Assembly: GCA_040384485.1 (NCBI GenBank)
Contig: JAZKJH010000007.1
Span: forward strand, 1-33,912
Reading direction: 5' to 3'
DNA: 33,912 bases
Source of the DNA: Patescibacteria group bacterium
GTDB taxonomy: Bacteria; Patescibacteriota; Minisyncoccia; Phycocordibacterales; DATDWN01
The notes beneath the pieces were generated by a model. That model searched no databases and was not told the origin of the DNA. It worked only from the letters and a program-made list of their open reading frames with translations. The position numbers were made by a program, and so were the translations under genes. This document shows, piece by piece, positions 24,050 through 31,000 of the stretch. Positions within the stretch are counted from its first letter, which is position 1. Each line of letters opens with the position of its first letter.

Positions 24050-25213
24050 TTACTTAATTTCTTTTATTTCTTTGTCTATAACTTCTTCTATATCCTCCAA
24101 CTGTTGTTTTAATTCATTTTTAGTTTTCAACTCTCTCTTTCTTATTCCTGATGCTGTCTTTGCACCAACCAAATAGCTAACATATTGTGAAAGGCCATCC
24201 TTCAGTGTATCAAATGATTTATGTAATACATGCTCAGCTTCAACTATTTCTTTGCCTCGAGCTTTTTTCATATGAGTATACTTCCACCAAATTATTGCGA
24301 AAACTAGAAGCACTAAAGCGAGCAGGGCTAGCAACGTAACTATAATAGAAGCGTAGTTCAAAACTACTCCCCCAAGTCTTATAAATTGATTTGAAACAAT
24401 CTCGACTGTTATAGGAATAGACAGTCCACTCTCTGCACCGGTATCAGTTATACTTTTTGCCCAAATTCTATAATATCCTGACTCCGCTTTTTTAGGATAA
24501 GTAAACTTAAACTTTCCATCAGGACCAGAAAAAGTATACTCGTAAATCAAATCTGAATTGCCTTTTTGCAAAACTATAGAAATTTTCGAAAGTGGGTGGC
24601 CCAAACCTTCGATAGTTATAGTATCCCCGGCCTCTAGTTTTTCTGGCCAGTTGGTTATAACTGGGGCTGACAAGGGTGCTGGAGTTGCCTCGCCCTCATC
24701 TGGAGCAACTACGGGTGTTTGAACTTTTGCAGGTGTAGTTGCAGGTGTAACAGTAAAAATAGATCCTCTCATTGAGTCCAGAATATTTGATCCTTGCCCA
24801 TCATTTGCCAAAACAGAACCTGACATAAAATTAACAGGAGCTTGTCCAGTTGCCTTGGCTCTAAAAGTAATCCTGAGTATCCCACCACTTGCTCCAGTAA
24901 ATCCTGGACTTGGAACTCCACCACCAAACTTTATGTTTCCCGCAATGTTGGAAAAACTTGGGTTCTCAGTCCATAGACTGAATATAGATTGGGAGTAACC
25001 CAGGCTAACCACCTCTAGTCGTGTGTTGTCGAAGTTAATTTGAGCCATCCCAGCGTTGATTGATTGACCACCGCTATTCAAATTAACAAGCGTAGAAAAA
25101 ATCTCACCGACTTCATATGTACCCACCGAAGGACTGACGGACATAGTCGCCTGAGCATTGGTGATAAGAGGCAAGAAAATAAAAACTAATATAGCTAGTA
25201 TTATTTTTTTCAT
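24050..25213 (-). CDS. Cohesin-domain surface protein with an Ig-like domain, TM and cytoplasmic coiled coil
   Basis: Signal peptide; cohesin-like beta sandwich (SPSVGTYEVGEIF..INA...INFD..LEV..SIFSLW..P..IKFGGGVP.PGF.G..G.I..ITFRAKATG); Pro/Thr linker; Ig-like domain; TM. Confidence 0.8.
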   Translation of the reverse strand: MKKIILAILVFIFLPLITNAQATMSVSPSVGTYEVGEIFSTLVNLNSGGQSINAGMAQINFDNTRLEVVSLGYSQSIFSLWTENPSFSNIAGNIKFGGGVPSPGFTGASGGILRITFRAKATGQAPVNFMSGSVLANDGQGSNILDSMRGSIFTVTPATTPAKVQTPVVAPDEGEATPAPLSAPVITNWPEKLEAGDTITIEGLGHPLSKISIVLQKGNSDLIYEYTFSGPDGKFKFTYPKKAESGYYRIWAKSITDTGAESGLSIPITVEIVSNQFIRLGGVVLNYASIIVTLLALLALVLLVFAIIWWKYTHMKKARGKEIVEAEHVLHKSFDTLKDGLSQYVSYLVGAKTASGIRKRELKTKNELKQQLEDIEEVIDKEIKEIK

Positions 25214-25214
25214 A

Positions 25215-26183
25215 TTAAGATTTTGAAACTCTTCTTTTTGGTTTTATAGAAAACCAAGTTCTTGTCACAACAAAAGTCGCCAGAATTGCACCTACAAATA
25301 AAGCTAGAACTACTGTGCCATCAAATGGTTTTGATGTTTTGGACACAACTACATTCCCAGCATTGTCATATGCTTTTATTTCCACTCGACTTCCCCATTT
25401 TTGATATTTTAAAATATACGGGCTCGTTGCCTCTTGCCACTCTGTCTGAAATTTACTACCGAGAATTCCTAGTCCTGACATAACTTCCTTTACTTCATAC
25501 TTTGAAATTCCTGAATCCTTATCTACTGCAAAAAACGATACGAAGTATTTATTTTCCTCCACTGACTCATGTCGAGTTACCATCGGCACAAATGACTCTG
25601 GTGCTACTGTGTCTGCAGGTAGCATTGGTTCGACTTCTATAGGTGTTTCTGTGGAGGTAGGTTTTGTTGGAACAACAACAGGTTTGGTAGGTTCAGTTTT
25701 GGGAACCACAGGTGCTTTTCCAACAGTCAAAACTAGAGTTGGAGTAGATACTTTTAATTCGCTTCCACTACCGTCGTTAAGTAAAACGCTTACATCCTGT
25801 AGTGAAATACTCATAGTACCTTCACTACTTGGACGAACCACAAAACTCATTATTGTTCCTATTCCGCCATTAAAACCCCCTGGAATGCCCCCAGTAAAGG
25901 CTATGCTGCGAGTACCACTGTTCCAGGTGGGTTTGTCTACCCATAGTGATATTATTGAGCTACCGTATCGTATATCTCCTGTGGTAGCTAGAGCTGGAAT
26001 ATTCACCTTTCCACCTATGGTGTTAATAGAGTTACCCTTTGTATCTATGTACAAGGTCACCAAAACACTTTCGTTTGTATACACGTTTGTCTTGCTCGTT
26101 CTCATGTACACTGATTGAGCAGAAGATAGTGTTGGTAGACACATCAAAACAAAAAACAAAAAGAAATAAAAAAACTTACTCAT
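25215..26183 (-). CDS. Cohesin-domain surface protein with a C-terminal TM anchor
   Basis: Signal peptide; paralogous cohesin-like domain (SINT..SIISLWVDKP..IAFTGGIPGGF.G..VLLNDG.G); PT linker; DTVAPESF..D.DSGI..YEV..AYDNAGN Ig/Fn3-like module; TM plus basic tail. Confidence 0.8.
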   Translation of the reverse strand: MSKFFYFFLFFVLMCLPTLSSAQSVYMRTSKTNVYTNESVLVTLYIDTKGNSINTIGGKVNIPALATTGDIRYGSSIISLWVDKPTWNSGTRSIAFTGGIPGGFNGGIGTIMSFVVRPSSEGTMSISLQDVSVLLNDGSGSELKVSTPTLVLTVGKAPVVPKTEPTKPVVVPTKPTSTETPIEVEPMLPADTVAPESFVPMVTRHESVEENKYFVSFFAVDKDSGISKYEVKEVMSGLGILGSKFQTEWQEATSPYILKYQKWGSRVEIKAYDNAGNVVVSKTSKPFDGTVVLALFVGAILATFVVTRTWFSIKPKRRVSKS

Positions 26184-26219
26184 ATTTATATAAATTATAA
26201 TACATTTTTATTTATTAAA

Positions 26220-27578
26220 CTATCCTGTCCACCAGAACAACATTATTGAAAAGTCAAAAATGTTTACTACTTTATCTTTGTTTATGTCAGCACATAGATT
26301 TTTTGGATTAGTTTGGTTCCAGAAGAAAAGTAAAATAGAGAAGTCTACGATGTTTACTTTTTTATCATTATTCAAATCCCCGTTTTTATTACAAGCTCCA
26401 GCTGGAATAGGTGTTCCTATGACCTGTCCAGCCGGTACATCCCTATCTCCAACTCTAAAGGCTAAACTCTCAGAGAATGGAGATATCACGCTATCTCTCG
26501 CTACAACCTGGCTTTTAGAGGTGTGGTTACCTATTTCAAGAGGGGTTGAGTTCAGAGTATATTTCCAAAAACCAACATTATCCGACGGTGTTTTATCTAT
26601 TATCTGGGTTTCAGAGTTAACCACAATATTCACATCAGAGTTGGGGTAACCGAAACCGAAAAACTGAATATTGTTTCCGGACTTAACTTCAGACTTATCG
26701 GAGCCAATAGTTGGTGCAACGACAATGTCGGAAATGGTTGTTGTTTGTCCCGATATTATGTTTGCTGTAAAACTTGTTGTGAGTGACCTTCTGTTATCTT
26801 TGTCTATCGCGTACACAGAGAAACTATATATTCCTCCCGCCACCAGGTTTTCAATTTGCCAGTTTCCTCCACTGTCTACGGTTGGAGTTCCTATTACCGT
26901 TCCATCTCGAAACATATTTACTGTAGCTCCAGGATATGCACGTCCTTTTATCAATACTTTTGTATCAGCTGGTCCTACTGGTGGTGGTGTGGCCCCGCCG
27001 CCTCCACCTCCTCCGCCGCCTCCACCCCCGGGAGTTGGGGTTGGTACAACCACTGGAGCTACCGGAATTGACGACACCTCTGTAGAAGTAGCTATAAAGT
27101 TTCCGAATGCATCTTGTACCCTAATTACAAAATAATAAGCCGTACTGTTGGTAAGACCTGTCCTAGTTGAAGTTGTTACATTTCCGACAGAAGTATAGCT
27201 ATATGGACCGCCTGACGCAGTAGCCTGCCCTACAGTGTAACCACTAGGTGTCCAACCCAAAAGACCAGTGGATGCAGTCCAGGAAAGTCCCACTTGCGCA
27301 TTACCCGCAGAAGCTGAAACAACAGGGCTACTTGCAAAAGGAAAGTATAGAAAACCTGAGTTCGTTCCAAAAGATGTAGCTGTGCTTGTGCCAATAGCCA
27401 CCTGAGATATCACACCAAACAGACTAAAATTAGTAGACGCTCCGTACCCTCCAGCATTCATAACTGAATCTAAAATTTTATAACTAGTAGAGTTAAACTC
27501 CTGTGCCCTAACTCCAAGTGAGAATAAAAAAACAAACAGCAGCACCGATATCCGTATTGTATTTTTTTGTTTGTTCAC
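26220..27578 (-). CDS. Secreted Fn3/Ig-like protein with a C-terminal dockerin domain
   Basis: Signal peptide; Fn3 (VGLSW..GY...GLTNSTAYYFVIRV); PTPTP-G12 linker; two Ig-like domains; duplicated Ca-binding motifs GDLNNDKKVNIVDFSILL and ADINKDKVVNIFDFSIML. Confidence 0.85.
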   Translation of the reverse strand: MNKQKNTIRISVLLFVFLFSLGVRAQEFNSTSYKILDSVMNAGGYGASTNFSLFGVISQVAIGTSTATSFGTNSGFLYFPFASSPVVSASAGNAQVGLSWTASTGLLGWTPSGYTVGQATASGGPYSYTSVGNVTTSTRTGLTNSTAYYFVIRVQDAFGNFIATSTEVSSIPVAPVVVPTPTPGGGGGGGGGGGGATPPPVGPADTKVLIKGRAYPGATVNMFRDGTVIGTPTVDSGGNWQIENLVAGGIYSFSVYAIDKDNRRSLTTSFTANIISGQTTTISDIVVAPTIGSDKSEVKSGNNIQFFGFGYPNSDVNIVVNSETQIIDKTPSDNVGFWKYTLNSTPLEIGNHTSKSQVVARDSVISPFSESLAFRVGDRDVPAGQVIGTPIPAGACNKNGDLNNDKKVNIVDFSILLFFWNQTNPKNLCADINKDKVVNIFDFSIMLFWWTG

Positions 27579-27604
27579 AGAGTTTATCTAATTTGAAATA
27601 TCGT

Positions 27605-27964
27605 TTACTCAGGTAAGTTATAAGGCGATACTTCTATTATTTTATTTTCACTTGGCCTAAACAAAATGACCTTCTGGCTTTTTTCATAAACAACAACTTT
27701 ATCCCCCACTTTGCTATTTACGAAAAAGACTTGGTCTTTTAGTTTTTCTGGATCTGTTACTGTCGCAACAGTAGGAGTTTCGCCTTGAGGTAATTCCATC
27801 AATTTTCCTAATTTATTAACAATAGATGCTATTTCTTTTTGTTCAGCAGCCTCTGGGTTCTTTAAAAGGTCCAGATCACTATAGAATTTGAAAGACATCC
27901 CGATAGAAACAACAAGCAATAGCGCGAGAGCAATTATTATTTTTTTATAATTTTTTTCAAGCAT
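27605..27964 (-). CDS. Single-TM conserved-looking hypothetical protein
   Basis: N-terminal TM; LPQGETPTVATVTD.EKL..Q.FF....GDKV..Y...ILFRP...KII; lies between the dockerin gene and the giant adhesin. Confidence 0.8.
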   Translation of the reverse strand: MLEKNYKKIIIALALLLVVSIGMSFKFYSDLDLLKNPEAAEQKEIASIVNKLGKLMELPQGETPTVATVTDPEKLKDQVFFVNSKVGDKVVVYEKSQKVILFRPSENKIIEVSPYNLPE

Positions 27965-28024
27965 ACAAATATAATCTACTTTTCTTTAAGTAGATTATAT
28001 AACAAACTCGACTAATTAGACAAA

Positions 28025-31000
28025 CTATCTTGTGCTAAATATTCTTGAAAAGATTTCGAAAATATTAAATACTGATGCAAGTAGATTTTTCTTATCGCCA
28101 ACACCAAGGTCACCTCCTCCACCGGAACCTCCACCAGAAGTTCTGTGATGTATTTTAACTTTTATGTCATCAATGCTGATAGTATTTCCAGAAGGCTGTC
28201 CTGTTATACGAAGTCGGAAGTTTCCGTTTGATAACTCCCCTGCAGTCCATGCCCTTCCCCACTTATCGCTTCCTCCACCTAGAGTGTAAACTGTGTCTGT
28301 GGTACTCAAGGTTGCGGTAGTCTTTACAGAAGTCACACCCTCACCTCCATTCCAAGAAAGTGCCACATCTATTGTTCCGGTGTTTTGGGAACCGTTTGCC
28401 TCTATTTTAACCTCAATGCCATCGATAATATTTCCATTTGGAACTAAGAAGGAGAAGTCTCCATAATCCTGGGAGTGACCAGCCGTAGTTTCTGTAGCGT
28501 ATGTCCCATCAGTTCCATCGTAAGCAAAACTAGGGTTTATCCAACTACTTTGAGCACCGCCGGTTGTAGTTGGTCGAAGAAGCAAGGCATCATCTCCTAT
28601 AACCTCTCCGCCACTGTTTCCGCCTCCAGACACAACTCCTACACCTGCAACAAACTCACCTAATGAATTACCTTGTGGTATTCGGATATGACTAGCGTGA
28701 TCAAATGTACCGATAGCTGATACCGAAACCAAAGAAGTAACTCCAGTTGAGTTAATGTCATTAACCTTCAAACTAACATTTAGTCCGTCAAATGGGTTTA
28801 TACCACTTACATCAGTTCTAAATATATAATTTCTGGTAGTTGTTGCACTGAAATCAGTAGCAAAAGTAACTGTTCCATAAGGAGAATTGACCAAAACAGT
28901 TCCTGTTCCTACTTCCAAGTCACTAGCTCCCACAGAACCATCAGCACCGTAGTCAACAAACAATTGGGAATTTGCGAAGTCGCCAGCATTCAAACCTCTG
29001 ACTCCAGTAAGTCGTAGAATTAAATTTGTTATAGAAACAACCTCTCCATTTGGAATCAATTGAAATGAATACAATTCGCCATTTGTTATACTGTTAGAAT
29101 TAAAGAATTTATTGTCTTCTTGTCCTACTGTATGACTCCCTAGAGTCAATCTTCCTTTTATGGCTATAGTCTTATCATCATCAGAATCTGATGTAATATC
29201 TCCTGCTCCGCCAGTATAAACATCTAGCCCAGAAACAGCCGCATTTGCTGTTCCAAATCCAGTGAATGATAGTCCAGAAATACTTAATGTTTCTCCTGCA
29301 GCAAAATCATTTCCTATTGAGATAACAAGAACACTTCCACCTCCTTCATAACTTACTGTTGCATTAGCCTTACCTGAAGCTGTTCCCCCGAGTACCGCTG
29401 TTGTGTCAGCTGTGTCCCACAACATACTCACAGAACTGGTTGCGATAGCTATACGCAAATCATTTGCAGAAGTAACTGCCCCCCCAGAACTATCGGTTAT
29501 TGTTATTGCAGATATAAGAGTAGAAACGTCACCGCTCACAAAAACTTGATTCTGCGCCGAAGAAATACTCGCAGAAGCTGCACAGGCTGCGGTAGTAAAT
29601 GATTCTATAGAACCAAAACTTATTCCGGTAGTATTTATTGCATATGGTCTAAAATAATATGTTGTATTACACACCAAACTACTAATATTCTCCGTAAATG
29701 CGCCAGTTGAAAATGTTCCATTTGAAGTGGTGGTTGAAACTCCAGATGACAAACTCGAGTTTATTGAATAAGCAAACCCTCTGGTTACTGAGTGTGGAGC
29801 ACCTCCTAAATCTGTGATGTTTCCATTAAGGGTTGCTTCAGTTTCTGTAATAGCTGAAGCAGCTTGAGTTGTGACTGTTGGATAGCAAGGAGAAGTAGTG
29901 AAGGATTCAATAGTACCTAAACCTGTTCCCCCGGGACTAGTTGAATATGCTCTAAAATAGTAAGTTGTGTTACAAACTAAATTTTCAATCGTAGATAAAT
30001 TTATTTTACCAAGATATGTAAGGGAGGTTCCTGCTGAGGTTCCTATTATTGAGTCTATGTCACCATCATTATCTAGGTCCGCTAAAGATGGAGCAGACAC
30101 ACTACCAACATCGAGCGAATTCCATTCTGAGTTCGCTGACCAAATTGGAGAAGAAACAGTTCCAGTATTCTCAAATCCAAAAGATACACCACCAGTACTT
30201 CCTACAAACAAATCGTAATCACCATCATAATCCATGTCGGCAAAGGTAGGTGTTGCGTTAGCACCAACATCTGTTAGGTTGTCATCCCATTCATTTTTTG
30301 CTGTCCAGACAGGACTAGACATGCTACCTGTGTTTTCGAAGGCAAGATACAAACCTGTATCACTCCCCACAAGCAAATCGTAATCACCGTCGTTATCGAG
30401 GTCGGCAAAAGCTGGTGAAGCGTTATTCCCTGCGTCTGTTATATTGTCATCCCAGCCAGTATCAGGAACCCATAATGGGCTTGAGACCGTGCCAATATTT
30501 TTAAACGCTGCATACAAACCAGTACTGTGTCCTACCAAAATATCATAATCTCCATCATTATCTAGGTCAGCTACAGCTGGCGAAGCGTTGGTTCCCACAT
30601 CTGTCAAAGTATCGTCCCAAGAAGTGTTTATAGTCCAAATAGGATTTGATATAGTACCTGTGTTTTGGAAAACTACATGGAAACCGGTGCTATGTCCAAC
30701 CAACACATCTTGGTCACCATCATTATCGATATCAGTAAACTCGGGAGAAGAGTTGGTCCCCACATCACTTAGATTTATAGTTGAAGATGCTATCCACACT
30801 CCGTTAAATGCACCTGTCGAAAATGACCCTGTTTCTGTAGTTGTGGAAGTATCCCCGGCCATATTACTATTTGTCCCCCATGCAAATCCTCTTACGCTAC
30901 TGGCGCTTCCCCCAAAATCTGTGATGTTTCCGTTTAAATTTACAGTTGTGTCTGTAATGGCCGACGCTGCTACAGTGGTGACGGTTGGGGCACAGGCACT

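Noticed and set aside
10614-27135. Many antisense or alternate-frame ORFs over gyrA, rpsA, pth, the HisRS-like gene, ftsA, ftsZ, trxB and the cohesin/dockerin genes (e.g. 13584-14144, 16299-16790, 17383-17883, 19686-20291, 25609-26118)
   Set aside because: Shadow ORFs fully overlapping well-supported genes, with composition typical of reverse-strand reading.
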